A stretch of 64,000 bases of DNA from Deltaproteobacteria bacterium (GCA_040218735.1 JAVJQW010000017.1:64001-128000), one strand, 5' to 3'. Counted from the first letter of the stretch, positions 37,183 to 46,975 are shown. Notes: generated from the sequence alone by a model not told the origin. Made by a program: numbers and translations.

Positions 37183-38174
37183 GCTTCCTCTTCCTCGATC
37201 TGCGCCATCGCCTCGGCCAACAGCTGAGGCGAGATCTCCACCTCGGGCTCGTCACCCGAGGGACCACCGTAACCCAGCTTCGCCATCGCGCCCGCGTCGG
37301 ACGACCAGTCACCCGTGACGCGCACGTGCAGCTCCAGGAACACCTTCGTCCCCACGAGGTACTCGATGTCCTTGCGCGCGCGCGTCCCGATGTCCTTGAT
37401 GCGCTCGCCGCGGCGCCCGATCACGATCGCCTTCTGAGAAGGACGCTCGACGTGGATCGTCGCCGCGATGCGCACGATCTTCGGGCGCTTGTCCTCGAAC
37501 GAGTCCAACGTCACCGCCGCCGAGTACGGCAACTCGTCCTTCGTCGCGAGCATGACCTTCTCGCGGACGAACTCGGCGACGATCGAGCGCTCCGACTCGT
37601 TCGTCACCTCCTCGCCCTCGAAGTACGAAGGCCCCTCCGGCAGCGCTCCGGCGAGCTCCTTCAGCAGGCGGTCGAGCCCCTTCTTCTTCGACGCCGAGAT
37701 CGGCACGACCGCCGCGAGGCGCTCGCCTATCTCCGACTCGAACCGCTGAATCTGAAGGAGCATCCCCTCCTTGTTCTTCACGCGGTCGACCTTGTTCAGC
37801 ACCAGCACCACCGGCTTCGTCGACTGCGACAGCACGCCGAGGATGCGCTCGTTGCCGGGCGTGACGCGGTCGTCCTCGCGCGCTTCGACCACGAGCGCGA
37901 TGACGTCCGCCTCGGCGATCGCCTGCTCGGCCTGCGCGACCATGTAGCGGTTCAGCGGCCCCTTCGCCTGGTGGTGGCCGGGCGTGTCGAGCAAGAGGAG
38001 CTGCGCGCCCGGCGGGTTGAGCACGCCGAGGAGGTTCTTGCGCGTGGTCTGCGGCTTGTGGGTCGTCGCCGCGATCTTCTGACCGAGCAGCGCGTTGAGG
38101 ATGGTGGACTTTCCGACGTTGGGACGCCCCACCAGGGCCACGTAGCCCGACCGATGCGGCGTCTCGTCCGTCAT
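37179..38174 (-). CDS. era: GTPase Era
   Basis: GRPNVGKS, PQTTR, DTPG, NKVD, KH motif VIGRRG. Confidence 0.97.
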   Translation of the reverse strand: MTDETPHRSGYVALVGRPNVGKSTILNALLGQKIAATTHKPQTTRKNLLGVLNPPGAQLLLLDTPGHHQAKGPLNRYMVAQAEQAIAEADVIALVVEAREDDRVTPGNERILGVLSQSTKPVVLVLNKVDRVKNKEGMLLQIQRFESEIGERLAAVVPISASKKKGLDRLLKELAGALPEGPSYFEGEEVTNESERSIVAEFVREKVMLATKDELPYSAAVTLDSFEDKRPKIVRIAATIHVERPSQKAIVIGRRGERIKDIGTRARKDIEYLVGTKVFLELHVRVTGDWSSDAGAMAKLGYGGPSGDEPEVEISPQLLAEAMAQIEEEEA

Positions 38175-38175
38175 C

Positions 38176-38817
38176 TCACTTGCCGGCGGTGCGGAAGATC
38201 GTGACCTTCTTCATCACGACGTCCTGCACCGGCTTGTCCCCGGGCGCGGTCTTCACACGCGCAATCTTGCGCACCACGTCCATGCCCCCGATGACCTCAC
38301 CGAACACCGAGTGCCGGTTGTCGAGGTGCGGCGTCGGCCGCTCCGTGATGAAGAACTGCGAACCGTTCGTCCCCGGCCCGGCGTTCGCCATCGACAGGAT
38401 CCCCGGCTTGTCGTGTTTGAGCGACGGGTAGAACTCGTCCGCGAACTTGTACCCGGGGCCGCCGCGGCCGGTGCCCGTCGGGTCGCCGGTCTGGACCATG
38501 AAGTTCGGGATGACGCGGTGGAAGATGATGCCGTCGTAGTAGTTCGACTTCTTCACCTTGCGAGTCTTCGAGTCGATGTAGGGCTGCTTGCCGCGCGCGA
38601 GGCCCACGAAGTTCGCGACCGTGCGCGGCGCGAGCTTTTCGTGGAGCTTCACTTCGATCGTACCCAGCGTGGTCTCGATCTTGGCGTGGAGCTCACCCTT
38701 GCCCTTCACGCCCTCGAGCGCCTGCTTGATACCGATCTGCTTCGGAGGCTCCTGCGCCACCGCGGTGGACGCGGCGCCGACGAGCAGTGTGAACGCGAAG
38801 AGGCCAATTCGATGCAT
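38176..38817 (-). CDS. Exported cyclophilin-type peptidyl-prolyl isomerase
   Basis: Signal peptide; [15 protein letters not shown]; [15 protein letters not shown]. Confidence 0.95.
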   Translation of the reverse strand: MHRIGLFAFTLLVGAASTAVAQEPPKQIGIKQALEGVKGKGELHAKIETTLGTIEVKLHEKLAPRTVANFVGLARGKQPYIDSKTRKVKKSNYYDGIIFHRVIPNFMVQTGDPTGTGRGGPGYKFADEFYPSLKHDKPGILSMANAGPGTNGSQFFITERPTPHLDNRHSVFGEVIGGMDVVRKIARVKTAPGDKPVQDVVMKKVTIFRTAGK

Positions 38818-38850
38818 CGCGGCCCAATGACACCACACAGACGAGCACGG

Positions 38851-39555
38851 TCAAGTCTGACCGTCGTCACGCATCTTCGCGAGCACCGCGCGGGCCGCCT
38901 GCTGCTCGGCGCCCTTCTTCGTGCGGCCCTCACCGCGCCCGAGCACCGTGTCGTTCACGCACAGCTCCACGACGAACGACCGCTCGTGCTCGGGTCCGTG
39001 CTGATCCACCAGGCGATACACGGGTGTCACGTGATGCTCGGCCTGGATGTGGTGCTGCAGCTCGGTCTTCGGATCGCGCCGCTCCAGCGTGCCGTCCTTC
39101 GGGAGCTCGATGCGGCTCAGGAGCACCCGCTCGGCCTCCGCGTAGCCTGCGTCCATGTAGATCGCCGCCATCACCGCCTCGAAGGCGTCCGAGAGGATCG
39201 ACGCCTTGTCGCGCCCGCCGGACATCGCCTCGCCGCGCCCGAGGCGGAGGGCCTCGCCGAGCTGGAGCTCGCGCGCCATCCGCGCGAGGGCCTTCTCGCT
39301 GACGACGGACGCACGCATCTTCGAAAGCGCCCCCTCCCGCGCGTCCGGGAACCGCTTCATGAGCGCGACGGACACCACGAGATCGATCACCGCGTCCCCG
39401 AGGAACTCGAAGCGCTCGTTGTCGTGCGCGCGGTCGTCGGCGATCTCGTTGACGAAGGAGCGGTGCGTCAGCGCCTGCGTGAGGAGCTTCGCGTCCGAGA
39501 ACTCGTAGTCGAGCAGCTGGCAGAGGCGGACCACCGGGTCCTTCGAAGTGCTCAC
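38851..39555 (-). CDS. rnc: Ribonuclease III
   Basis: ALTHRS, NERFEFLGDA, C-terminal dsRBD; GTG start overlaps mnmA stop. Confidence 0.97.
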   Translation of the reverse strand: MSTSKDPVVRLCQLLDYEFSDAKLLTQALTHRSFVNEIADDRAHDNERFEFLGDAVIDLVVSVALMKRFPDAREGALSKMRASVVSEKALARMARELQLGEALRLGRGEAMSGGRDKASILSDAFEAVMAAIYMDAGYAEAERVLLSRIELPKDGTLERRDPKTELQHHIQAEHHVTPVYRLVDQHGPEHERSFVVELCVNDTVLGRGEGRTKKGAEQQAARAVLAKMRDDGQT

Positions 39556-40748
39556 GCGAGCCCCTCCTCGATCCACGCGCCGCCGACGACCTCTTCGCCG
39601 CGGTAGAATACCGCCGCCTGCCCGGGCGCGACGGCGCGGACCGGACGATCGAAGTCCACGCGCACGCGGCCGCCGTCGAGCGGGACGACGGTGCCCTCGG
39701 TGCCGTGGTCGCGGTAGCGGATCTTCACGGTTGCGCGGACGGGCGCCTCGGGGCGGCCCGCCGGCCATGACGCACGGGCGGCGACGAGCGCGGTCTTCTC
39801 GAGCGACGCGGCCGGGCCGACGACGATCGTCTGCTGCTCGGCGTCGATGTTCAGCACGTGCAGCGGGTGCTTCGCGGCGATGCCGATGCCCTTGCGCTGC
39901 CCCACGGTGAAGTTCATGACGCCGTCGTGCCGGCCGAGCTCGCGCCCCGCCTCGTCGACAATCGGTCCGCGGTGATCACCCGCCGCCTCCGGCTGCCGAC
40001 GCACGAAGCCTCCCGCGCCAGCGCCGCCGACGAAACACACCTCCTGGCTCTCGAGCTTGTGCGCGACCGGCATGCCGGAGTCGAGCGCGAGCGTCCGGAC
40101 CTCTTCCTTGGTGCGCGCGCCGAGCGGGAACAGGAGCGTGCCGAGGATCTTCTCCGCGACACCGAACAGGAAGTACGACTGGTCCTTGTCGCGGTCGACG
40201 CCGGTGTACAGGCGCGTGACGTCGTCGTGGGTGACACGTGCGTAGTGGCCGGTCGCGAGGCGCGCGCAGCCGAGCGCACGCGCACGCGCGGCGAGGCGCC
40301 CGAGCTTCACGAAGCTGTTGCAACCGACGCACGGGTTCGGCGTGCGCCCCGCGACGTACGCGCGAACGAACGGGCGAACGACGGCGTCGTCGAAGGCGTC
40401 GCGCGCGTCGATCACGTAGAACGGGACGTCGAGCATCTCGCTCACCCGGCGTGCGTCCTGGAGGTCGTCCGGCGGGCAGCAGGCGCGCGGCGCGAGCGGG
40501 TTATCGGGATCGGGATCGTGCAGGCGGAGCGAGAGGCCGACGACGTCGACGCCGGCCTCGCGGAGTAGGTAAGCGACAACCGCGGAGTCGACGCCACCCG
40601 ACATCGCGACGGCGACGCGCTGTCCGCGCAGCGTATCGAGCTCGCGCGCGATGGCGTCCGCCGTCGGCGGCGCGACGACGTGCGTCGGCGCGGCGTCGGT
40701 CGACGCAGCCTTGTCGAAATGTGCGAGGTTGGGCGCGCCGCTGTTCAC
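39552..40748 (-). CDS. mnmA: tRNA-specific 2-thiouridylase (start approximate)
   Basis: MSGGVDS, TPNPCVGCN, ATGHYA, KDQSYFL, PGQAAVFY. Confidence 0.95.
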   Translation of the reverse strand: MNSGAPNLAHFDKAASTDAAPTHVVAPPTADAIARELDTLRGQRVAVAMSGGVDSAVVAYLLREAGVDVVGLSLRLHDPDPDNPLAPRACCPPDDLQDARRVSEMLDVPFYVIDARDAFDDAVVRPFVRAYVAGRTPNPCVGCNSFVKLGRLAARARALGCARLATGHYARVTHDDVTRLYTGVDRDKDQSYFLFGVAEKILGTLLFPLGARTKEEVRTLALDSGMPVAHKLESQEVCFVGGAGAGGFVRRQPEAAGDHRGPIVDEAGRELGRHDGVMNFTVGQRKGIGIAAKHPLHVLNIDAEQQTIVVGPAASLEKTALVAARASWPAGRPEAPVRATVKIRYRDHGTEGTVVPLDGGRVRVDFDRPVRAVAPGQAAVFYRGEEVVGGAWIEEGLA

Positions 40749-40767
40749 GGTAGCGCCCGCGTGGGCG

Positions 40768-41154
40768 TCACGCCGTGGCGAGTCCGCCGCCTTCGCCGGC
40801 TTGTCCGTCACCCGAGCCATCGTCGCTGTCCTGGTCGTCCTCACCGATGGGCCGCTCCGGACGCGGCGCCATTCCGGGTGGATAATCCACGCGTTCCTTC
40901 AGCTCTTTGCCAACCTTGAAGAACGGGAGGCGCTTCGCCGGTACGTGGATCGTTTCCCCGGTGCGGGGGTTTCGGCCCGTGTACGCGTCGTAGGACTTGC
41001 TCGTGAAGCTGCCAAACCCGCGAATTTCGATGCGCTCTCCGCGCTTGAGAGCCTGCGTCATCTGGTCGAAGACCAGGTTGACGACCTGCTCGGCGCGCTT
41101 CTTCGTGATCTTGGCCCGTTCGGCCAGCTTCTCGACGAGCTCCGACTTGTTCAT
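40768..41154 (-). CDS. ihfB: Integration host factor beta / HU family protein
   Basis: MNKSELV, IEIRGFGSF, GRNPRTG, FKVGKELKERV. Confidence 0.85.
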   Translation of the reverse strand: MNKSELVEKLAERAKITKKRAEQVVNLVFDQMTQALKRGERIEIRGFGSFTSKSYDAYTGRNPRTGETIHVPAKRLPFFKVGKELKERVDYPPGMAPRPERPIGEDDQDSDDGSGDGQAGEGGGLATA

Positions 41155-41204
41155 GAACTTCCCCAGCGAGATGTGATTGGCTTTTGCCGCGACTCGCTCA
41201 TCGA

Positions 41205-41278
41205 CACTCCCGACAGGACTCGAACCTGTGGCCTACGGTTTAGGAAACCGTCGCTCTATCCAGCTGAGCTACGGGAGC
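41205..41278 (-). tRNA. tRNA-Arg (CCT)
   Basis: Cloverleaf GCTCCCG...CGGGAGT-G; anticodon arm ACGGT-TTCCTAA-ACCGT; GTTCGAGTCC T-arm; CCA not encoded. Confidence 0.95.
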
Positions 41279-41292
41279 AACCCCCACCCGCT

Positions 41293-41321
41293 TTGGTAGC
41301 CTGGCCCGAAAGTCCTGTCAA
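41293..41321 (-). promoter_or_regulatory. Sigma70 promoter of tRNA-Arg
   Basis: TTGACA-N17-TACCAA. Confidence 0.6.
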
Positions 41322-41340
41322 TACCGCAACATATCAGCTT

Positions 41341-41364
41341 CCCGGCCCCGTGCGAAGGGCCGGG
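41341..41364 (-). terminator. Hairpin downstream of apt
   Basis: CCCGGCCC-N8-GGGCCGGG; no U-tract. Confidence 0.4.
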
Positions 41365-41366
41365 CC

Positions 41367-41900
41367 TCAGTACGTCACCAGCGCGAAGCAATCGTGCGCG
41401 GCGAGGCGCTGGCGGCCTTCCAGGAAGCCGAGCTCCACGAGGAAGGCGACCTCGGCGATCTCCGCCTGGGTCTGACGTACGAGGTTGCAAGTGGCCGCCG
41501 CGGTGCCGCCGGTCGCGAGGAGGTCGTCGATGACCACCACGCGCTGGCCCGCCTGCAGAGCGTCCTCGTGCATCTCGAGCGTATCCTCGCCGTACTCCAG
41601 CTGATAGCTCTGCGAGCGCACCTTGCGCGGGAGCTTGCCGGGTTTGCGCACCAGGACGAGCGGCTTCTCCATCTTCGCGGCGATCGGGGCGCCCAGGAGG
41701 AAGCCGCGCGACTCGATGGCGACGATCGCGTCGACGTTCCGCGCCGCGTAACGCTCCGCGAACATGCCCGCGAGCGCGGCGGTGCTGGGACCGTGTGCGA
41801 AGACGGGGGTGAGGTCCTTGAAGACGATCCCGGGCTTCGGGAAATCCGGGACGTCCTTGATCAGGTCACGTATCTGCTCGGAGAGCTGGCGATGATCCAC
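41367..41900 (-). CDS. apt: Adenine phosphoribosyltransferase
   Basis: PDFPKPGIVFKD, ESRGF, LEYG, DDLLATGGT. Confidence 0.97.
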   Translation of the reverse strand: MDHRQLSEQIRDLIKDVPDFPKPGIVFKDLTPVFAHGPSTAALAGMFAERYAARNVDAIVAIESRGFLLGAPIAAKMEKPLVLVRKPGKLPRKVRSQSYQLEYGEDTLEMHEDALQAGQRVVVIDDLLATGGTAAATCNLVRQTQAEIAEVAFLVELGFLEGRQRLAAHDCFALVTY

Positions 41901-41931
41901 CGGCCGATGATGCGACCGATCCGGCTCGACT

Positions 41932-42606
41932 TCAACGCGTGGCGATGACGTTGCGGAACCAGGACACCTCGGTTTGCGCCGTGATCTGCGCGATCTGGGT
42001 GTTCCCGTTGCCATCCGCGCACTCCTCGACCTGACGCTGCAGCTCGAGGCGCACCAACACCGTGTCCTGTACGTCGACCGGCACCACGCCGACGAGCGGC
42101 GCGGCCACGGAGACGTCGAGCCGACCGACCGCCGGCGCATCGAACACCCCGACGTTCTGGAGCACGAGCGGCACCGGCTCCTGATCGAGGCGAACCCGCA
42201 CGGACACGTAGCACCGCGTGGACCCGTCGCGCTTGGCGACGGTGCCGGTGAAGTTCGTTCGGATCATGAAGTAGCCGGAGCCCGGCGCCACCACGCGGAA
42301 GCTGTCGAACTGCTGAATGGCGGGCCCGTCCGCGAACGTCAGCGTCGCGACCGCCGGCTGCGTGAGCAGGATCGGCGTCCCGCCCTCGGGCCCCGGCTGT
42401 CCAGGCGCTCCGGCCGCGCCCTGCACCCCGGTCGCACCGGTCGGTCCCGTCGGCCCGGGCGCGCCCATCGGCCCCTGCGGCCCGGGCGACCCCGGAGACC
42501 CGTCCGGCCCGGAGCACGCCGCGAGGAGGAAGCAGGAGAGCAGGAGAAGATGCTTCGCCACCGCCCCGAGAGTCACCGCGCTCCCGTACCGAGTCAACGC
42601 CATCAC
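41932..42606 (-). CDS. Collagen-like lipoprotein
   Basis: Lipobox LAAC; about 14 Gly-X-Y triplets; beta-rich C-terminal domain. Confidence 0.85.
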   Translation of the reverse strand: MMALTRYGSAVTLGAVAKHLLLLSCFLLAACSGPDGSPGSPGPQGPMGAPGPTGPTGATGVQGAAGAPGQPGPEGGTPILLTQPAVATLTFADGPAIQQFDSFRVVAPGSGYFMIRTNFTGTVAKRDGSTRCYVSVRVRLDQEPVPLVLQNVGVFDAPAVGRLDVSVAAPLVGVVPVDVQDTVLVRLELQRQVEECADGNGNTQIAQITAQTEVSWFRNVIATR

Positions 42607-42608
42607 CC

Positions 42609-42779
42609 GGTCGGGTCCCGGTCCCGGTCCCGGTCCCGGTCCGGGTCACGGTCCGGGTCACGGTCCCGGTCCGGGTCCGGGTCCGGGTCCCGGTCACGGT
42701 CACGGTCACGCTCACGGGATCGGTCACGGGCCCGGTCAGCTCACGGTCAGCTCACGGTCAGCTCACGGTCACGGTTCAC
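42609..42779. repeat. Intergenic microsatellite: about 20 GGTC(CC/CG/AC) hexamers then 3x GGTCAGCTCAC
   Basis: Read directly from the sequence. Confidence 0.9.
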
Positions 42780-42833
42780 GGCCGGAGCGCCCTTCCACGC
42801 CCGCCGTTTCGCGGTCCGCCCGACCTCAGGCCG

Positions 42834-43568
42834 TCACTTCGGCAGGAACCCCGCCGGGTTCACCGGCTTCGCGCCCTCGCGCAGCTCGAAGTACACGCGC
42901 GGCGAGGCCACGCCTCCGCTCGTCCCCACGACGCCGAGCACGTCCCCGAGCGCCACCTCCTGCGCGACCTCGACGCAGTTGGTCGCGTTGTGCGCGTAGA
43001 TCGTCGCGAGCCCGCCCTCGTGGGCGACGATCACGATGTTGCCGTAGCCGGGCTGCTCGCCCGCGAAGAGCACCTTGCCGGCGTTCGCCGCGCGGATCGG
43101 CGTCCCGGCGGGCGCCGCGATGTCGAGGCCTTCGTGCGGGAGGCCCTCGATCGTCCCGTACTTCGCGATGACCACGCCGCCCACCACCGGCCACGCGAAG
43201 CCCTTATCGGAGCGTTCGAGCGTCGGCATCGGCTTCGCGGTGCAGTCGAGCGTCGTCTCGACGACCGGGGCCTTCGGCGCGGGCCCCACGGCCGGCGGCG
43301 GCGGCGGGCCGGCCTCGGCGGCGGCGACCTTTCCGGGGATCAGAAGCTCCTGCCCGATCGACAGCTTGTCGGGACGCTCCAGCTCATTCAGCGCGACGAG
43401 CTCCTCGAGCGCCACGTCGTACTTCTTCGCGATGCCGTACGCGGTGTCACCGGACTCGACTCGGTGAATGCGATGCTCTTTCCGAAGGTCGAGCCGCGAT
43501 GCCGGCGGTCCCTGACGCCCCGCGCACGCCGCGGCGAACAACAGCAGCAGAACGAGCCCGATCCTCAT
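42834..43568 (-). CDS. nlpD: LysM + M23 lipoprotein (NlpD-like)
   Basis: Lipobox AAAC, LysM, HEGLDI, TIYAHN; downstream of surE; final HxH reads PRVYFE (likely inactive). Confidence 0.8.
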   Translation of the reverse strand: MRIGLVLLLLFAAACAGRQGPPASRLDLRKEHRIHRVESGDTAYGIAKKYDVALEELVALNELERPDKLSIGQELLIPGKVAAAEAGPPPPPAVGPAPKAPVVETTLDCTAKPMPTLERSDKGFAWPVVGGVVIAKYGTIEGLPHEGLDIAAPAGTPIRAANAGKVLFAGEQPGYGNIVIVAHEGGLATIYAHNATNCVEVAQEVALGDVLGVVGTSGGVASPRVYFELREGAKPVNPAGFLPK

Positions 43569-44374
43569 CGCACCGGCACCACGTCGATCTCGACCGGAGG
43601 CGCGACGCCGTCCGTGCGCGCGAAGCCATCGAGCTCGAGCGCACCCAGCGGCCCCGCGAGCGCGCGCGGGTTGGTCTGGTCCACGGACAGCGGCGTCACC
43701 GACACGAGGCCGTCCGCGATCGCGTTGCAGTCACTCCCGGGGAAGTCGTGCGGGTCGGCCGGCACGCCACCGATCCAGAAGTACGGCGCACCGCGCGGGT
43801 CCTCGCGACGCGCGACGGAGTGCCGAAAGAGCCGGTGCCCGAGGAACGTCATCTGGTAGCCGGTCGGCTCGCCGCCCGGGACGTTCACGTTGAGCGTCGT
43901 GTTGTTCGGGAGCCCCTCGTTCAACACTTTGGCCGCCAGCGTCGCGGCGAAGCGCGCCGCGATCGTGAAGCTGCCCCGGGCGACGTCGGTGAGAGACACC
44001 GCGATGGACGGGACGCCGAGGAGCGTCCCCTCGATCGCGGCGCCGACGGTGCCGGAGTAGTGCACGTCGAAGCTGAGGTTCGGTCCCGAGTTCACACCGG
44101 AGACGACGAGGTCCGGCGCGCGGTCGAGGAGCTCGTGCACACCGAGGTACACGCAGTCCGCGGGTGAGCCTTCGACGGACCACCGATCCTCGCTGTGCTC
44201 GTGGCAACGCAGGATGCGGTGCAGGCTGATCATGTGCGAGACGCCGGACTGGTTGCGGTCGGGGGCGATCGTCACGACGCGACCGAGCGGGCTCAGCGCG
44301 TCCGCAAGGTACGCAATCCCGGGTGCGTGGATACCGTCGTCGTTGGTGACGAGGATCAGTCGGTCGCCGCTCAT
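43565..44374 (-). CDS. surE: 5'/3'-nucleotidase SurE
   Basis: ILVTNDDG, GSPADCV, SGVNSGPN, YSGTVGAA. Confidence 0.97.
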   Translation of the reverse strand: MSGDRLILVTNDDGIHAPGIAYLADALSPLGRVVTIAPDRNQSGVSHMISLHRILRCHEHSEDRWSVEGSPADCVYLGVHELLDRAPDLVVSGVNSGPNLSFDVHYSGTVGAAIEGTLLGVPSIAVSLTDVARGSFTIAARFAATLAAKVLNEGLPNNTTLNVNVPGGEPTGYQMTFLGHRLFRHSVARREDPRGAPYFWIGGVPADPHDFPGSDCNAIADGLVSVTPLSVDQTNPRALAGPLGALELDGFARTDGVAPPVEIDVVPVR

Positions 44375-44417
44375 GATGTTCTCGAAACATCCCCCGCGGC
44401 GCGTGGCAACGGGAGTC

Positions 44418-45170
44418 CTACGATGCGAGGCGCGCGGACTCGGGGAGCGGCACGAAGTCCTCGCGCTCGAACGGAGGCGCCTCGAACGGCCAGGGGCCGG
44501 CCAGGTGGCAGAGCACGCGCTGCTGCACCGGAGCGGGCGGCGCGTTGATCGTGACCGCCTTCGCCTCGAGCTCCACCGGCTCGGCGAGGAGCCGGACGAG
44601 ATCCGGCGCGTAATAACGCGGGACGAACCCGATCCGCACCCCCTCGGCGCGCACCGCGACCGCGTTGGGATCGTCGGCGTTGGCAGCGTCGTGTTCGAGG
44701 GACAGCAACGTCCCCGGCGTGAGCGACGCCGCGAGCGACTGCGCATCGGCGGAGCGGTGCCGAAGGCCGTGCACGAAGAAGTCGATGTCGAAGAGACCGG
44801 TTTTGTCGTCGATCGGGAACGGGAACACTTCGAACGAATCGGTCGTCCGACGCCCGAGGCTGCGCGCGAGGATCGACAGCGGGTCCGCGTCGGCGCCTTC
44901 GAGATCGAGGCGCCGCAGGTACGCCGTGAACTCCTCGCGCGAGCGCGACATGATGCGGTTGTTGAACATCGGGAACAGCGTCGGCGCGCGATACACCCGA
45001 CTCGTGTCCGGGAAGCCGGGGAGCGGTCGCAGCCCGGCGCGCGCGTGGGCGTCCTCGTAGCCGCGCACGTAGAGGTACTCGAAGCCCCCTTCCCCGTGGC
45101 GAAGCCGCCCGATGGGGAACCATTGGCGGGATACGTGATCCTGCCAAGCGAGGAAGAGCGTCGTCACCAC
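44418..45170 (-). CDS. HipS/HipA-N-like + HIRAN domain protein
   Basis: N-terminal LFLAWQD...IGRL...FEYLY and LFPMFNNRI; HIRAN LEHDAANADDPNAVAV...IGFVPR. Confidence 0.8.
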   Translation of the reverse strand: MVTTLFLAWQDHVSRQWFPIGRLRHGEGGFEYLYVRGYEDAHARAGLRPLPGFPDTSRVYRAPTLFPMFNNRIMSRSREEFTAYLRRLDLEGADADPLSILARSLGRRTTDSFEVFPFPIDDKTGLFDIDFFVHGLRHRSADAQSLAASLTPGTLLSLEHDAANADDPNAVAVRAEGVRIGFVPRYYAPDLVRLLAEPVELEAKAVTINAPPAPVQQRVLCHLAGPWPFEAPPFEREDFVPLPESARLAS

Positions 45171-46084
45171 GCCGCTACGATCTCGCCGATGCGCCGCTGG
45201 TTCACGAGCACCATCCTAACAGCGAGCTCGCGATGAACGGGCGAAATCCGTTCCTCGGGCAGTCTTTCGAATAGATCGCGGACGTCGGCCTCGGTGACGG
45301 TGGCCAACCGAGCCCACCACGCGCGGGCCGCTTCGGGGCGAGCCGAGACCGCCGCCATGAACGCCTCCAGCGTCGTCAGGGGCTTCGTCGCCGCCCGGGA
45401 CGCGTAGAACGCCGAGCGCGCCCTCTCGACGTAGGACTCCACGGTCACCCGCGGATCGCCCCCCTCCACCCGCAGGCGCGCGCGGCGCTCGGGCTCGTTT
45501 CGGCCGAGGGACGAAGCGTGGTCGTAGGTTGGCGCGAGCGCCGGCGCCGAGGAGCGCATGGTGACCGCCCAGTTCTCGTGGTGGCGATCCGTGTTGCCGA
45601 TCAGCGCGTCGAGCATCACGTACCCCACCATCTGATCGGGCGCGGTCCACGGCTCGATCGGGGGCGTGTCCACCACGGTCGGTCCCGCCTCGAAGTGCAC
45701 GAGCGCCTCCATCACCGCCGGCACCGTGTGCTGCCCCACGTGGTAGCGCTCCTCCTGCGGGTAGTCGTGGTACAGCCCCATCAACAGCTCGTTGCCGTGG
45801 AAGAGGTGCTCACCCGGCGCCAGGAAGGACGGCGACACGATCCCCCACGTGCCCTCCAGCTCCGCGAGCTCGACGTCGGCGGCCGGGATGCCGATGCGGT
45901 GCGCGAGCTCGGCCGCGATCTTCTCGGACCAGTCTTCGTTTGCGCGCCCTCGCTTGAATAGAATCTTCTCGTCGTTCTCGTCGAAGTACCAAAACTTGAA
46001 CTTCGTCCCGAGCGTCTCGTCTTCGCGGCGCGCGTGCGGCGGGACGATCACGACGTCGAACGGCTCCACGACGCCGTGAATCAT
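45164..46084 (-). CDS. HipA-like Ser/Thr kinase (HipA_C)
   Basis: LGTKFK Gly-loop, LFK, EDWSE, DALIGNTDRHHENW, APTYDHASSLG. Confidence 0.88.
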   Translation of the reverse strand: MIHGVVEPFDVVIVPPHARREDETLGTKFKFWYFDENDEKILFKRGRANEDWSEKIAAELAHRIGIPAADVELAELEGTWGIVSPSFLAPGEHLFHGNELLMGLYHDYPQEERYHVGQHTVPAVMEALVHFEAGPTVVDTPPIEPWTAPDQMVGYVMLDALIGNTDRHHENWAVTMRSSAPALAPTYDHASSLGRNEPERRARLRVEGGDPRVTVESYVERARSAFYASRAATKPLTTLEAFMAAVSARPEAARAWWARLATVTEADVRDLFERLPEERISPVHRELAVRMVLVNQRRIGEIVAAW

Positions 46085-46092
46085 AGAATGAT

Positions 46093-46881
46093 TCAGCGAG
46101 CGCGCCAGGGCCACAGCAACTCGCGGTGCCAGGGCTCCGGTTCGACGTCCTCGAGACCGTAGGCGTCGGGGCGTCGGTCGGAGATCTTCGCGGTGCCGAA
46201 CAGCACGTCCCACAGGAACAGGAAGTTGCCGTAGTTACCTTTGTAGTGCGTGACGCCGTCGCTCGCGTTGCGCCCGTGGTGCGCCGCGTGGGTCGTCGGC
46301 GTGGAGATCACCCGCTGGAGCAGCCACACCACCGGCTTCGCCCCCGGCACCCGCGCGAGGTGCTCGTCCCAGGCCACGGACGAGTGCGCGCCGATGATCA
46401 CCACCATCTTCACGATGTAGTAGACGTAGTAGACCGGCGCGAACCCGAGGTAGAGCAGCACGCCGGAGAACCACAGGCCCGGGAGCATCGCGTAGTACAG
46501 CAGGCTGTTCCGGAACACGACGCGCACACACAGGTACTGCGCGGAGTGGTGCGCACGGTGGAAACGGAACAGGAGCGGGTGGCTGTGCGCGAGGCGGTGC
46601 CACGTGTACTGCATCAGGTCGTCGGCCACGATCAGCGTGACGAACATGAGCCACGCCGGCCACGCGGCGAGCGCACCTTGGCTGCCCTGCGCGACCCACG
46701 CCGTCGCCACGGCGGTCGCGGTGAGGATCCCCGGGACGATCGCGATCGGGAGGAGCGCCGAGCCGAGCTCCACGAGGACGTCATCGCGGGTCGTCTCCTC
46801 GACGTAGAGCAGCCGCCCCGCCACCAGCTCGACGACGGCGAACCCCACGAAGATCAGCGTGACGACGAGTCGATAGTCCAC
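46093..46881 (-). CDS. Sterol desaturase / fatty acid hydroxylase
   Basis: His boxes HRLAH, HRAHH, HAAHH; NYG...WDVLFGT. Confidence 0.92.
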   Translation of the reverse strand: MDYRLVVTLIFVGFAVVELVAGRLLYVEETTRDDVLVELGSALLPIAIVPGILTATAVATAWVAQGSQGALAAWPAWLMFVTLIVADDLMQYTWHRLAHSHPLLFRFHRAHHSAQYLCVRVVFRNSLLYYAMLPGLWFSGVLLYLGFAPVYYVYYIVKMVVIIGAHSSVAWDEHLARVPGAKPVVWLLQRVISTPTTHAAHHGRNASDGVTHYKGNYGNFLFLWDVLFGTAKISDRRPDAYGLEDVEPEPWHRELLWPWRAR

Positions 46882-46911
46882 GCGCCCGTTCAGGATAGGG
46901 GACCGGCCTCG

Positions 46912-46954
46912 AAAAGGAGAAGGCCCGCGACAGGAGCTGCCGCGGGCCTTCTTT
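46912..46954. terminator. Intrinsic (possibly bidirectional) terminator downstream of tRNA-Pro
   Basis: 12-bp stem AGAAGGCCCGCG / CGCGGGCCTTCT flanked by short A/T runs. Confidence 0.75.
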
Positions 46955-46975
46955 GGACTCTCGGTCTATCGACGA

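Noticed and set aside
42609-42779. Possible CRISPR array or Gly/Pro/His-rich peptide gene
   Set aside because: No unique spacers or cas genes; the frames covering it are antisense or out-of-frame extensions of neighbouring genes
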